Shown here: in pieces, positions 47,797-58,143 of the stretch
Layout of the letters: each line of letters opens with the position of its first letter
How positions within the stretch are numbered: position 1 is the first letter of the stretch
Translations under genes and position numbers: made by a program
From: Gammaproteobacteria bacterium
Lineage (GTDB): Bacteria; Pseudomonadota; Gammaproteobacteria; UBA4575
NCBI GenBank assembly: GCA_033344735.1
Contig: JAWPMW010000001.1
Coordinates: 911,869-975,868, forward strand
Reading direction: 5' to 3'
Length of the DNA stretch: 64,000 nt
The notes under the pieces: model-generated
The model's input: only the letters and a program-made list of their open reading frames with translations
Database searches by the model: none
Told to the model about the DNA's origin: nothing

Positions 47797-47841
47797 TAAT
47801 TCACACTTTGTAATATGTGTTAATTCACACTTTTTAATATG
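47797..47841. promoter_or_regulatory. Two 21-bp direct repeats (TAATTCACACTTT[G/T]TAATATG, 24-bp period) in the haem peroxidase promoter region
   Basis: Seen directly in sequence. 20 of 21 positions identical. 39-83 bp upstream of the peroxidase start codon. Confidence 0.4.
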
Positions 47842-48232
47842 CATTATTTTTAAATGATGTTGAATCAAGGCCAACGGTAGTCTGAGACTGACAAACGGTA
47901 GAGAAAGCTCGCTAATCAATTGAATTAATTTGAATTTATCTTTTGTGAACGACTTAACGTGCATTCTAAGCCCTAGAGTTGTTACTGGTAGGAAGCAGGC
48001 TTAATCCAATAACGCATAGCATGTTTTCAAGTAATGTCCACTTTCGACCCAAAACGACATTCAAGATTATAGTAAACCTTGATCTCGTTTTGCATTTTTG
48101 TCTATATTTCTTATATTTAAACACTGTTTTGGTTACCAATAACTTGTGTAATTATATAAGTAATTGCGAATGATATTAACTTGACTCTGCAGATTTATAT
48201 AACAGCTGTTAGCAGCATAACGGATCAAATCG

Positions 48233-49231
48233 ATGAACTATAATAATATTCCGAAACAGTCTTTAGGTTTTTTCCCAACACCGATTGTCGAACTTTCCAA
48301 GTTAAGCAAAATGTTTGGCGGCCCTAAATTATTTATGAAACGAGATGATAATACGGGTCTTGCATTGGGTGGTAACAAAACCAGAAAGCTAGAGTTTATT
48401 CTTGGAGATGCGTTGGCGTGTGGTGCAGATACTATAATTACTGCCGGAGCAACACAATCAAACCATTGTCGGCAAACTGCTGCCGCAGCTGCAAGTCTGC
48501 AACTTGAATGCCATCTTGTTTTAGGTGGAGAAAAACCTGAAATTATTAACGGCAATTTATTGCTTGATCAAATATTTGGCTGCCATATTCATTGGGCTGG
48601 AATTAATCGCAAGGGAGAAGACATTCCTCAAATTGTTAAACAACTACAACAAGCAGGAAAGAAGCCTTATGTTGTGCCATATGGTGGCTCGAATGAACTA
48701 GGAGCTTTAGCATGTGTAGATGCATTGAAAGAAATTATAGCGCAAAGTCATAACATGAATGAGTCGTTCACACATATCGTTTTTGCCTCAAGCTCAGGTG
48801 GAACACAAGCTGGACTAATGCTTGGCAAGAAGATACTTAATTCATCATATCAAATCATTGGCATAAATATTGATAAAGGAGAAACAGATATGGTTTCTTT
48901 TGATCAATTCATATTGTCTCTTGCAAACAGTACTGCAAATTTCATTGATTTTAATCAAGAATTCTTAGAAGAAGATTTAAATTTAAATTCTGACTATGTT
49001 GGCGAAGGTTACGGCGTGCTTGGTCACTTGGAGAACGAAGCAATTTCGTTGACAGCACAAACAGAAGGAATATTGTTAGATCCTGTTTATACAGGAAGGG
49101 CTATGGGTGGCTTAATTGATATGATCCGAACCGGAAAATTTGACAAGAGAGATAACATTTTATTTTGGCATACCGGAGGCACACCTGCTCTATTTGCTTA
49201 TTCAAATAGATTGAATTCCATGGAATTTTAG
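48233..49231 (+). CDS. PLP-dependent 1-aminocyclopropane-1-carboxylate deaminase / D-cysteine desulfhydrase family protein
   Basis: GGNKTRKLEF PLP-lysine motif and fold-type II PLP enzyme length (332 aa). Confidence 0.8.
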   Translation: MNYNNIPKQSLGFFPTPIVELSKLSKMFGGPKLFMKRDDNTGLALGGNKTRKLEFILGDALACGADTIITAGATQSNHCRQTAAAAASLQLECHLVLGGEKPEIINGNLLLDQIFGCHIHWAGINRKGEDIPQIVKQLQQAGKKPYVVPYGGSNELGALACVDALKEIIAQSHNMNESFTHIVFASSSGGTQAGLMLGKKILNSSYQIIGINIDKGETDMVSFDQFILSLANSTANFIDFNQEFLEEDLNLNSDYVGEGYGVLGHLENEAISLTAQTEGILLDPVYTGRAMGGLIDMIRTGKFDKRDNILFWHTGGTPALFAYSNRLNSMEF

Positions 49232-49294
49232 CATAGCACTGCAGCAGACGAATTTAAATAATTAAATCTTAAAAATAATTTATGAGGAATTTTA

Positions 49295-49705
49295 GTGGAT
49301 AAAATAGAAAGTTATAAAGCTAGTTGCAGTTGTGGAATAATTGAAGTCTCTATGCAAGGAAACCCAAAAGTAAAAGGATTTTGTCATTGCGAAGATTGTC
49401 GAGAACTATTAAATGTACCTTATCATTCTGTAAACGCATGGGATAATAATAATGTTACGGTCTTAAAAGGCAGTGTTTATATTAGAGAATATCAGCACTC
49501 TAAACTTAAAATGAAGAAGTTCTATTGTAGTGAATGTGGAGACACTATTTACAACTCTAATGCTATGGATTGGAAAGTATTTTCACAGTTGTTGATTAGC
49601 AAGTCTTATAGTGGAAATCTACCTAAAGAGCTTCATCCAGAATCCCATTTTTTTTATGACAGCCGTATTATTGATATTAATGATGATTTGCCGAAACATA
49701 GTTAG
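49295..49705 (+). CDS. GFA-family protein (glutathione-dependent formaldehyde-activating enzyme / CENP-V-like)
   Basis: Cys ligand pattern CSCG...CHCEDC...CSECG, characteristic of the Gfa zinc sites. 136 aa. Confidence 0.75.
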   Translation: MDKIESYKASCSCGIIEVSMQGNPKVKGFCHCEDCRELLNVPYHSVNAWDNNNVTVLKGSVYIREYQHSKLKMKKFYCSECGDTIYNSNAMDWKVFSQLLISKSYSGNLPKELHPESHFFYDSRIIDINDDLPKHS

Positions 49706-49822
49706 AAGAGAACCAATCTGAATGAAGGTGTTATTTAGCTCTATACAGCAGGAACCGGCCTCAAGCAGAAATTCGCAACTGGATAATAAAGAAGACAACT
49801 TAGTGATAGAATAACTTTCTTC

Positions 49823-50653
49823 TTGTTTTTATCATTAAAATCAAATAAGAGGTACGCCATTTTGGAAGATCAATCAGTTGACGCTTATAAACCTGCAAAA
49901 ATTGCTGAACTAGTAGAAAATATTGGTGTGACTAAAGCTGTCATGCCTACTGTACCAACGATTATGTTGGGCTTAATGGCAGGTGCTTTCATAGCATTTG
50001 GTGCTATGTTTTACACACTAGTCATGACCAATAACGATATGGGACTAGGTCCCGCTAGATTGCTAGGTGGTCTAGCATTTTCATTGGGTTTGATACTGGT
50101 GCTGGTGGGTGGAGCAGAGCTTTTCACAGGTAATAATTTTATTGTGATGGCATGGGCCGAGAAAAAAGTAACAACGCTTCAGCTGTTAAGAAACTGGTCT
50201 ATCGTCTATATCGCAAATTTTGTAGGAGCTGTTGGAACGGCATTATTAATTTTTTGGTCTGGTGTACTTACTATTGGTGAGAACGCTTTCGCCGAGAATG
50301 CATTAAACATTGCAGTCTACAAAACTAACCTAGACCCCTTACAAGCATTTATTAGAGGTATTTTATGTAATGCACTGGTATGTCTATCAGTTTGGATATG
50401 CTTTGCAGCACGTGATGTAGCAAGCAAAATTTTAGCAATTATTTTTCCTGTCTCAGCTTTTGTTGCATTAGGCTTTGAGCATTGTATTGCAAATATGTAC
50501 TTTATCCCGCTTGGCATGATTCTAAGCGATGGACAAATAGGAATTACTGATTTTATGACAAACATAATTCCTGTAACCGCTGGAAATATAGTTGGAGGGA
50601 GTATATTTGTAGCATTTGTGTATTGGATTGTTTATGTAAGGGATTATAAGTAA
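49823..50653 (+). CDS. Formate/nitrite transporter (FNT) family channel
   Basis: Six TM helices. GGAELFTGNN and L..GNIVGG FNT signature loops. The exact start is uncertain (possible TTG start near 49860). Confidence 0.8.
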   Translation: MFLSLKSNKRYAILEDQSVDAYKPAKIAELVENIGVTKAVMPTVPTIMLGLMAGAFIAFGAMFYTLVMTNNDMGLGPARLLGGLAFSLGLILVLVGGAELFTGNNFIVMAWAEKKVTTLQLLRNWSIVYIANFVGAVGTALLIFWSGVLTIGENAFAENALNIAVYKTNLDPLQAFIRGILCNALVCLSVWICFAARDVASKILAIIFPVSAFVALGFEHCIANMYFIPLGMILSDGQIGITDFMTNIIPVTAGNIVGGSIFVAFVYWIVYVRDYK

Positions 50654-50851
50654 GGAGACATCTACCAAATTTACTTTAAATGCTCAAATCCACTTGCACT
50701 TAACGAAATTTGATCTTCATGAATCTTGCAGAAATAGCTATTTTTATTGAAGAATTTACAATGTCTCTTAGCAGGTACAAGATTAATTCGCAGTATTAGG
50801 CTTATGAGGCGAGCCCTGCTCTACTCTCGTTTACCAGTTAAACAGTCAATA

Positions 50852-51412
50852 CTAAATGTTTAATTCTTGAAGATGCTCAATTAGTGACTTGATATTATTT
50901 CGAGCCGAACCCTCATTAGCCAATCTTAATCTCTCTACCCCTAAGAAAGCAGCATTCCACTTTGCTGTAAAGGGCGTTGTGATTTTTTTATAAAATACTT
51001 CTTTTTTGGTTTCATTTTCCACTAAGGAATATGAAATTATTGTAGTGACTGTCATACTTGCACCAAGTATAGGCTGCTTAACTTCTATTAATACTGCTGA
51101 GAGTGAATAATCACTATTTACTGAAGATCTATTTAGAAATTGCGCATCTGCCAACGAATTAATCATCGCCTGCTTATAATCTTCGTTACTAATTTCTGAT
51201 GTCCATAGTGGATTGGTACTTTTACCTCCGGAGACTGTATCCACTATTAAATTATTTTTTAAATTATCACTTCCTTTGTACTGCCCCCAATCTTCTGAGG
51301 GAATAGTCATATTCTCCATTTTTGCAGGAGAGGCACAGCCGCTTATTAGCAAAATAATTGCAAGAGCTAAAAAGTAAATTATATGTTGATTTTTCATATA
51401 TGATTTATACAC
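50852..51412 (-). CDS. hypothetical lipoprotein (186 aa)
   Basis: Signal peptide plus lipobox LISGC. Confidence 0.4.
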   Translation of the reverse strand: MYKSYMKNQHIIYFLALAIILLISGCASPAKMENMTIPSEDWGQYKGSDNLKNNLIVDTVSGGKSTNPLWTSEISNEDYKQAMINSLADAQFLNRSSVNSDYSLSAVLIEVKQPILGASMTVTTIISYSLVENETKKEVFYKKITTPFTAKWNAAFLGVERLRLANEGSARNNIKSLIEHLQELNI

Positions 51413-51443
51413 CTGTTTGATTTTTGTAGTATATCTATTTTAT

Positions 51444-51902
51444 CTAAGGATTATTTGGCTGTGCAGATTTAGCTTTCTTTCTAGCTTCTTCCTCTTCTAT
51501 AGCAATTTCGCGTTTAATTTCATCTACCGGATCTTCTGGCACAATAGATACATCACACTTATTTACAATAGTTACTCTTTGAAGCGCATCCCATTCGCCA
51601 CGAAGCTGTGAGAATTCTTCTGCTTCAGGCCCATCACCCCCTTCTAGAGCCAATAAAGCAGGCCAAAACAAGAGACCACCGATCCATGATTGCGCTACAT
51701 CATCATCGCGTTCTTGTTTAAGACTTCGATATAAATCTTTCGTACGACGGTGATTTCGCTCAAATTCATTTCCAATCATTTCACAATTATAGTCACTGAA
51801 CTTATCAGAAGAGACTTGTTTTTTTTGAAGCTCATCCGGATTAGATGCACATCCAACAAATAAACATACAGAAAATGCTATTAAATTATTATTCAAAGAC
51901 AT
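51444..51902 (-). CDS. hypothetical lipoprotein (152 aa), acidic C-terminus
   Basis: Signal peptide plus lipobox LFVGC. Confidence 0.4.
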   Translation of the reverse strand: MSLNNNLIAFSVCLFVGCASNPDELQKKQVSSDKFSDYNCEMIGNEFERNHRRTKDLYRSLKQERDDDVAQSWIGGLLFWPALLALEGGDGPEAEEFSQLRGEWDALQRVTIVNKCDVSIVPEDPVDEIKREIAIEEEEARKKAKSAQPNNP

Positions 51903-52153
51903 AATTAATTATTTTAATATTTTATTGAAATACATAATCCCTTAAATTGATATAAATAACAATAGTAAAAATTATTAATTATTTTTTGAATGACATATGT
52001 TTAAATTTCAAGGTAATGATAAGTTAACCGAATTTGACTGACGATTTTTAAATGAATATCACCACGAAGTGAAAAGATCTCTGGCTTTGATAAACTTTGG
52101 CTATGAAATATACTTTATTGCCTAAACATAATGGCTAAAAAGGAATTGTAAAA

Positions 52154-53533
52154 ATGACACATTATGATGCCATCATCATTGGCGCAGGTCAGGCTGGCCC
52201 TTCATTGGCTGCCTCTCTCACATCCAATGGGCAAAAAGTAGCAATAGCAGAGCGGCATTTATTTGGTGGTACCTGCGTAAACACTGGGTGTATACCAACT
52301 AAAACTTTAGTGGCCAGCGCCAAAGTAGCAAACATGGCTCGTCGTGCCAAAGAATACGGAATTATGTTGGATAGTGACATTACCGTAGACATGAAATTAG
52401 TCAAAGCACGAAAAGATGACATTGTGGCCAAATCGAATCAGGGTGTAACAGGCTGGTTGAAAGGCATGAATAATCTGGATGTATATGAAGGCCATGCTAC
52501 TTTTGAAAGTGCAAATTCTGTATTAGTGAATGGAAAAACAATTAGCGCAGATAAATTGTTTATTAATGTTGGTGCTCGCGCGCGAGTTCCAGATATGCCA
52601 GGTATAGGTGATATAGAGTATTTTACTAACACCACCATAATGGATGTTGATACCTTGCCAGAGCATCTGATAATTGTGGGTGGTAGTTATATTGGACTAG
52701 AGTTTGCACAAATTTATAAACGTTTTGGCAGCAAAGTGACAGTCATTGAAATGTCTGACCGTGTAATTGCCAGAGAAGACGATGATGTCTCTACGAGTGT
52801 TCAGGAAATTCTTGAACACGAAGGTATTCAAATTGAATGCAATGCTGAATGCATCAGTTTTGAAAAGCAAGGCGACAAAGTAGTAGCTAGCTTGTCATGT
52901 TCAGATGAAACTAGAAAGATTGTTGGTAGCCATGTGTTGTTGGCAGTAGGCAGAGTGCCAAATACAGATGATCTTGGTTTGGAGAAAGCAGGCTTGGAAA
53001 CGGATGTTCGAGGTTTGATTCCGGTTAATGATCAGCTTCAAACTAGTGTTTCAGGAATCTGGGCATTAGGAGAATGCAACGGTAAAGGTGCATTTACTCA
53101 TACGACATATAATGATTATGAAATTGTTGCTGATCAGTTACTGGGTTCAAAAACACGCTTAGTCAGTGATCGTATTCCTTGTTATGGCTTATACATTGAC
53201 CCTCCTTTAGGTCGCGTAGGAATGACAGAGCAACAAGTCAAAAATAGTGGAAAAAATGCATTAGTTGGGAAAATGATGATGGCAAATGTAGGACGTGCAA
53301 AAGAAAAAGGTGAAACTCAAGGATTCATGAAAGTGATGGTAGATGCTGACAGCAAGGAAATACTAGGTGCAAATATACTTGGTGTAGGTGGTGATGAAAT
53401 TATACATCTTTTTCTAGATACAATGTACGCTGGGCAAAGTTATGAAGTCATCAAGAATGCAGTACACATTCACCCTACGGTTGCTGAGTTGGTTCCTACT
53501 ATGTTGCAAAACCTAACACCTTTAAAACAATAA
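52154..53533 (+). CDS. Class I FAD-dependent pyridine nucleotide-disulfide oxidoreductase (glutathione reductase / mercuric reductase-like core, no NmerA)
   Basis: GGTCVNTGCIPTK redox-active disulfide motif. GAGQAGP FAD motif. C-terminal dimerisation domain with HIHPTVAE. Confidence 0.8.
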   Translation: MTHYDAIIIGAGQAGPSLAASLTSNGQKVAIAERHLFGGTCVNTGCIPTKTLVASAKVANMARRAKEYGIMLDSDITVDMKLVKARKDDIVAKSNQGVTGWLKGMNNLDVYEGHATFESANSVLVNGKTISADKLFINVGARARVPDMPGIGDIEYFTNTTIMDVDTLPEHLIIVGGSYIGLEFAQIYKRFGSKVTVIEMSDRVIAREDDDVSTSVQEILEHEGIQIECNAECISFEKQGDKVVASLSCSDETRKIVGSHVLLAVGRVPNTDDLGLEKAGLETDVRGLIPVNDQLQTSVSGIWALGECNGKGAFTHTTYNDYEIVADQLLGSKTRLVSDRIPCYGLYIDPPLGRVGMTEQQVKNSGKNALVGKMMMANVGRAKEKGETQGFMKVMVDADSKEILGANILGVGGDEIIHLFLDTMYAGQSYEVIKNAVHIHPTVAELVPTMLQNLTPLKQ

Positions 53534-53583
53534 ATAGAGTATTGAACAGATATCTAGTCAGTTCATTTTTAAAATTGACTGAT

Positions 53584-54141
53584 TTAACTCGGGTATAGCC
53601 ATTTAAAAAATAGCCTTGTCAACCAAGGCATTATCAGCCAAACCATAATAGGTACTGATAATATTATCGACAATAAAATTTGAATTAAGTAAGACCAGTC
53701 TGAAACAAAAGGAGATAAAATATAATCTAATAACAAGACTAGTGGGTACAAACCGAGAACCAGCAATATGGCTGTTTTATATTTTGGTGGCGCTTGGCTT
53801 ATACTGCGATCGGGTAAAGTAAACCACTTCTCCATACCAGTTAACGTTGTAACTTCTTGTGAATCTAACGTGATGGTATCAAGCTTATTAATCCATTCTG
53901 CACGTAATTCAGAATTTAACCAGTTTTCTAAATTTTCCGTGGAATCAAACTGCACGACAGATATATATTCTAAATTATTTCCACTAGGCCTGATAATTGT
54001 TGTTCCTTGATTACCTTTAAAAGAGTTTGAAACATTAGTTATATCTTTGAGCCATTGTTCATAATCATTTTCATAGCCAGCTTTTACTCTTCTTGAGAAA
54101 ATTGTTGTTACAGGACAAGGAAATTGCTTAGTCATTAGCAA
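53584..54141 (-). CDS. hypothetical protein with two C-terminal TM helices
   Basis: ORF track only. Soluble N-terminal part plus a hydrophobic C-terminal tail. Confidence 0.3.
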   Translation of the reverse strand: MLMTKQFPCPVTTIFSRRVKAGYENDYEQWLKDITNVSNSFKGNQGTTIIRPSGNNLEYISVVQFDSTENLENWLNSELRAEWINKLDTITLDSQEVTTLTGMEKWFTLPDRSISQAPPKYKTAILLVLGLYPLVLLLDYILSPFVSDWSYLIQILLSIILSVPIMVWLIMPWLTRLFFKWLYPS

Positions 54142-54226
54142 TTCTCAGCATAATAGAATTCCAACATGGTAATACAAAACTCTCGATTTCAATGGATAAG
54201 TTAATTTTATTATTACAAGGACGCAT

Positions 54227-54676
54227 CTAGAATTCTCGGAATATTCGACCTACATTTTTAATTTTTTCATTAAAACCATTCTCTCTTAATGCATACCAAA
54301 ATAGTGTAGTATTGATACTTAGCACCGGAATTTCGATAATAGGTTCAAGTTTCTCTGCCACATCTATCATACTCATATTCGTACCACATTGAACTATTGC
54401 ATCAAGATCATCAGCTGCGAGCAATTCTGTAATTGCTTTTTCTTTAGCCTAGTTGGGAATATGAGCTATATGCAATGCATTAGCGCATGAAAATCCCACA
54501 GATGAAACAACTTTAAAACCCATATCCACAAACATGCGAGCAGCATTTTGATTTCCATTCTTGTCAAATGGAGTAATTAAGCCAATGCGCTTTGCGTTAT
54601 ATAACTTTAATGCGACTGGTATTGCTTCATGCCAAGTGGCCCATGAAAGACCAGAATAGCTTTCTATATCAAGCAT
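54227..54676 (-). pseudogene. Asp/Glu/hydantoin racemase superfamily (maleate isomerase / arylmalonate decarboxylase-like) gene remnant: 5'-truncated by IS insertion and carrying an in-frame TAG
   Basis: Two same-frame ORFs (54449-54676 and 54227-54424) separated by one in-frame TAG at 54449-54451 (minus strand). VQCGTNMS motif typical of the family. No N-terminal about 100 aa. The IS left inverted repeat begins at 54701. Confidence 0.6.
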
Positions 54677-54700
54677 TGGTGCATTAATCTCTGTGATGCC

Positions 54701-55901
54701 TTGTGCATGGCGAATTAGTATTTTTGCATAATATCACTTGAATTCGCAGTCTTGTTATTGATTGGAATCTAACTATGATAAGTCTGCATGAAGGATGTAC
54801 TCTTACTTGCCATTCATTTTGTAACGCTACTTATCCGCCTGCTTCAACCCAGTGGAATAAAGGCAGTTGCGGCTGAAAACTTGACGCTAAAGAAACAACT
54901 GTTAGTCATTCAACGATCGAGATCGAAAGCACCCAACCTCACTACTATGGATCGACTGATCTTTGGGTGGTTGGCAATGTTGCTTTCTCCCAAACGAATC
55001 TCTCGATCTTGCATCATTTTAAAACCTTCGACCCTTCTCTCGTTTCACAAGGCACTCGTGAAACGAAAATACTTACAACTTTTTTCTTCTACTGGCAAAG
55101 GAAAACCTGGCCCTAAAGGTCCCAACAGTGATTTGATTAAAGCCATTATCGAAATTAAACAACGCAATCCCAGGTTTGGCTGCCCACGTATTGCACTCAT
55201 TATTACAAATACATTTGGTATCGAAATTAACAAAGATGTTGTGCGAAGGATATTGATGAAACATTATCATCCAAGCCCTAATGACAAAGGCGGCCCTTCT
55301 TGGTTATCTTTTATTGCTAACATGAAAGACAGCTTGTGGAGTATTGATCTATTCTGTTGTGAATCCACTACACTGAAAACGCATTGGGTACTCGTCGTCA
55401 TGGATATCTGGAGTCGACGGATGATTGGATGTTCAGTCAATAAAGGACCTGTCGATGGCCCAACTCTTTGCAGGATGTTCAATCAGATCATATCTAATAA
55501 AAGTGCACCTCATTATATAAGTACGGACAACGACCCTCTTTTTCAATTTCATCGATGGAAAGCCAACCTTAGAATTCTGGAAATTGAAGAAGTGAAATCC
55601 ATTCCCTTTACGCCAATTTCACACCCTTATGTCGAACGAGTGATTGGCACTATAAGGCGCGAGTGTCTGGACCAGACATTATTTTGGAATGAAGTTGATC
55701 TGCAGAATAAACTGGATGACTTCATCGACTACTATAACAATCATCGCGTGCATGCTTCGCTTAATGGCAATGTGCCCGCCAATTTTGGCGAAGAAAGATT
55801 GCAATCAGTTGCGAATCTAAAAAAGTTTAACTGGAAAACACTTTGTCGCGGACTGGTTCAACTCCCAATCCCAGCTTAAATTACCAATTCGCCATGCACA
55901 A
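54701..55901 (+). mobile_element. IS481-like insertion sequence (about 1.2 kb) with 20-bp imperfect terminal inverted repeats
   Basis: Left inverted repeat TTGTGCATGGCGAATTAGTA (54701-54720). Right inverted repeat reverse complement TTGTGCATGGCGAATTGGTAA (55881-55901), matching at 19 of 20 positions. TGT termini. A single DDE transposase ORF. No obvious target-site duplication. Confidence 0.7.
54788..55879 (+). CDS. DDE transposase (rve integrase-core domain)
   Basis: D (VVMDIWSRR)...D (YISTDNDPLF)...E (HPYVERVIGTIRRE) catalytic triad spacing. C-terminal YNNHRVHASL. Confidence 0.85.
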   Translation: MKDVLLLAIHFVTLLIRLLQPSGIKAVAAENLTLKKQLLVIQRSRSKAPNLTTMDRLIFGWLAMLLSPKRISRSCIILKPSTLLSFHKALVKRKYLQLFSSTGKGKPGPKGPNSDLIKAIIEIKQRNPRFGCPRIALIITNTFGIEINKDVVRRILMKHYHPSPNDKGGPSWLSFIANMKDSLWSIDLFCCESTTLKTHWVLVVMDIWSRRMIGCSVNKGPVDGPTLCRMFNQIISNKSAPHYISTDNDPLFQFHRWKANLRILEIEEVKSIPFTPISHPYVERVIGTIRRECLDQTLFWNEVDLQNKLDDFIDYYNNHRVHASLNGNVPANFGEERLQSVANLKKFNWKTLCRGLVQLPIPA

Positions 55902-55942
55902 CTTATTTAATCAATGATATCTCATGACATTCTGGTCATATT

Positions 55943-56527
55943 TCAATCATCATCAAAACTTTTTCTCATCGCAAGAATATGTTCTTGATATCTTTCAGAG
56001 TTGCCGAAGTCAGAGAATTTTAAGTAACGTCTATGTGGATCAAGTACTTTACGTGCATGCTTAATAGGACACCAATATTGTTCGGTTCTAGCCACTATTT
56101 CACGCATGTAGGATATTAATCCATTTATATACCCACAATACATACAATGCATTCTCTCTATCGCATTTAAATATTTCAAATGATGCCGATCAACTACAAT
56201 ATATTCTGATCTTTTAACTAAAGGAATTTTATATAAAGAAAAACATATAAGTTGATATATAGAAATAAATATATCAATCAATAAAAATGGAATAATCATA
56301 GAGTATATAAATGGAGCAGTAATTACGTTTCTAAGTTCACTATTTAGAAACCACTGTATAAGCCCTGTCTTTAATTGACGATGCGCATCTTCAATGAGCT
56401 TATCAAATTTGACTTTTGTACCTTCAATTTTATAAAAAAATTCACCTTCGTATGATTTAATTACTTCTTCTAACTCGTCTTCACGCTCTTTAATTTCTTT
56501 CAATAATTCAGTTATTCTAGAATTCAT
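55943..56527 (-). CDS. hypothetical membrane protein (194 aa) with CMYCGY motif, upstream partner of cls
   Basis: ORF track only. Central TM helices. Coiled-coil N-terminus. Confidence 0.35.
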   Translation of the reverse strand: MNSRITELLKEIKEREDELEEVIKSYEGEFFYKIEGTKVKFDKLIEDAHRQLKTGLIQWFLNSELRNVITAPFIYSMIIPFLLIDIFISIYQLICFSLYKIPLVKRSEYIVVDRHHLKYLNAIERMHCMYCGYINGLISYMREIVARTEQYWCPIKHARKVLDPHRRYLKFSDFGNSERYQEHILAMRKSFDDD

Positions 56528-56571
56528 GTATTACTACCTTTTCATATAAACTAGTGAAATATATTTTTACA

Positions 56572-57975
56572 TTATAAATATGGTGAAAAAAGCCAAGCAA
56601 TTCCATCTCTTATTTTTATCATTAATGGTCTACGTTCCAGCTCATCTAACGCAACTCGACGACTAACTTTAATAATGCTATTCAAATTTTGAGTTAGCTT
56701 AAATGCCACAGGAGCATCATAAATCTCAACAGCCACTTCATAATTAAGCCTTAAACTTCTTGGGTCTATATTTGCGGATCCAATCAAACTATAAAATTCA
56801 TCAACGACAAATATTTTAGAATGATCAAATGGTGGTGGCTGATAGTATATTGTCACACCCGAGGTAATAAGTTGAGACAACATGTGTCGACTTGCCCAAT
56901 TGACAAAATTAAGATTATTTTTTAGAGGCAATACCACAGATACATCTACATTTCGCAAAGCTGCTACTTGCAGCGCATGCAGTAGTTCTTTACTAGGCAA
57001 AAAGTATGGAGTCATTATACAAATGCTCTTCGTAGCTGCATTGATAGCACTAAATATCACGAGCGATAAATGCCCTAGATTTTCTCCAGGACCATCACTA
57101 ATAACTCGACACCAAGTCAGATTATTAGATGTAAAAAAAGGTTTATTTTGATTTTTATCAATACCACCATTAGCAAAATCCCAATCAGATTCGAATAATG
57201 CTTTTAATTGATAAGTTAATTCTCCTTTAATTTTAAAATGAATATCTTTCATGGGTGATACTTCAAGCATATATTCATTACATATATTCATACCACCAAC
57301 AAAACACACTTCATCATCTACTACCAATATTTTTCTGTGGTTTCTTAAATTAACATTCATATTAAATGGAAAAAGCTTGGGCGGTAAAAACCTATCCACC
57401 TTAACGCCCTGCTTAGATAATATACGTCGCGCTTTAATCCTCGAGTAATGTTCGCCTATCCCATCAATTAATACATATACGTCAATACCACGGTCATTCG
57501 CTTCAATCAACGCCTGTACAAATTTCGCGCCAATTTCATCCACTTTAAAAATATAAGTTGATAAGTAAATATATTTTTTAGCGGCTCTTATTGATTCAAG
57601 CATTGCAGGATAGGTTTGTCCTCCAGAAAATAATACTTCTATCGTATTACCTGCAACCAATGGCAATTTGGTTAATTGATAAGAAATATGCTGGATATTG
57701 ATTAAAGAATCAGGAATTTCTGATTGAAGATTTTGTGTGTAGGAATCAAATTTAAGTGGCGGATAATCAAGTTTTTTTGCCCTCTCATGAACACGATTAA
57801 TACCAAATAAAAAGTATAATATTGGACCAAATAACGGAAGCAACAAAGAAATAGTAATCCAGCCAAACGCAGCTCGTGAGTCTGTCTTATGTAAAAGTGC
57901 ATGAATCGCAGAGTAAACTGCAAGAAGGAATAATAGTAGGCTTACCAAATAATAATATGGCATACAAGTTAACAT
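56572..57975 (-). CDS. cls: Cardiolipin synthase (phospholipase D superfamily, two HKD motifs)
   Basis: N-terminal two TM helices. HRKILVVDD and HSKIFVVDE HxKx4D motifs. 467 aa. Confidence 0.85.
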   Translation of the reverse strand: MLTCMPYYYLVSLLLFLLAVYSAIHALLHKTDSRAAFGWITISLLLPLFGPILYFLFGINRVHERAKKLDYPPLKFDSYTQNLQSEIPDSLINIQHISYQLTKLPLVAGNTIEVLFSGGQTYPAMLESIRAAKKYIYLSTYIFKVDEIGAKFVQALIEANDRGIDVYVLIDGIGEHYSRIKARRILSKQGVKVDRFLPPKLFPFNMNVNLRNHRKILVVDDEVCFVGGMNICNEYMLEVSPMKDIHFKIKGELTYQLKALFESDWDFANGGIDKNQNKPFFTSNNLTWCRVISDGPGENLGHLSLVIFSAINAATKSICIMTPYFLPSKELLHALQVAALRNVDVSVVLPLKNNLNFVNWASRHMLSQLITSGVTIYYQPPPFDHSKIFVVDEFYSLIGSANIDPRSLRLNYEVAVEIYDAPVAFKLTQNLNSIIKVSRRVALDELERRPLMIKIRDGIAWLFSPYL

Positions 57976-58143
57976 CCTTTAAACACTTGACTTGTAAGCC
58001 GTCAAGATAAAATATAAATTGATAATCCCACTGTTTTCAGAGTAGTCTGATCGACAAGATTATTATTGATGCAAATCAATCATCATTCGTCTTATTTCAC
58101 TATATTACTACATATTATGTGCTAATTAATATTAGGAGCTGCT

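Noticed and set aside
56572-57975. PLD-family protein as a possible defence-system nuclease next to an IS
   Set aside because: Two N-terminal TM helices and a duplicated HKD architecture of typical cardiolipin synthase. Nothing indicates a nuclease role.
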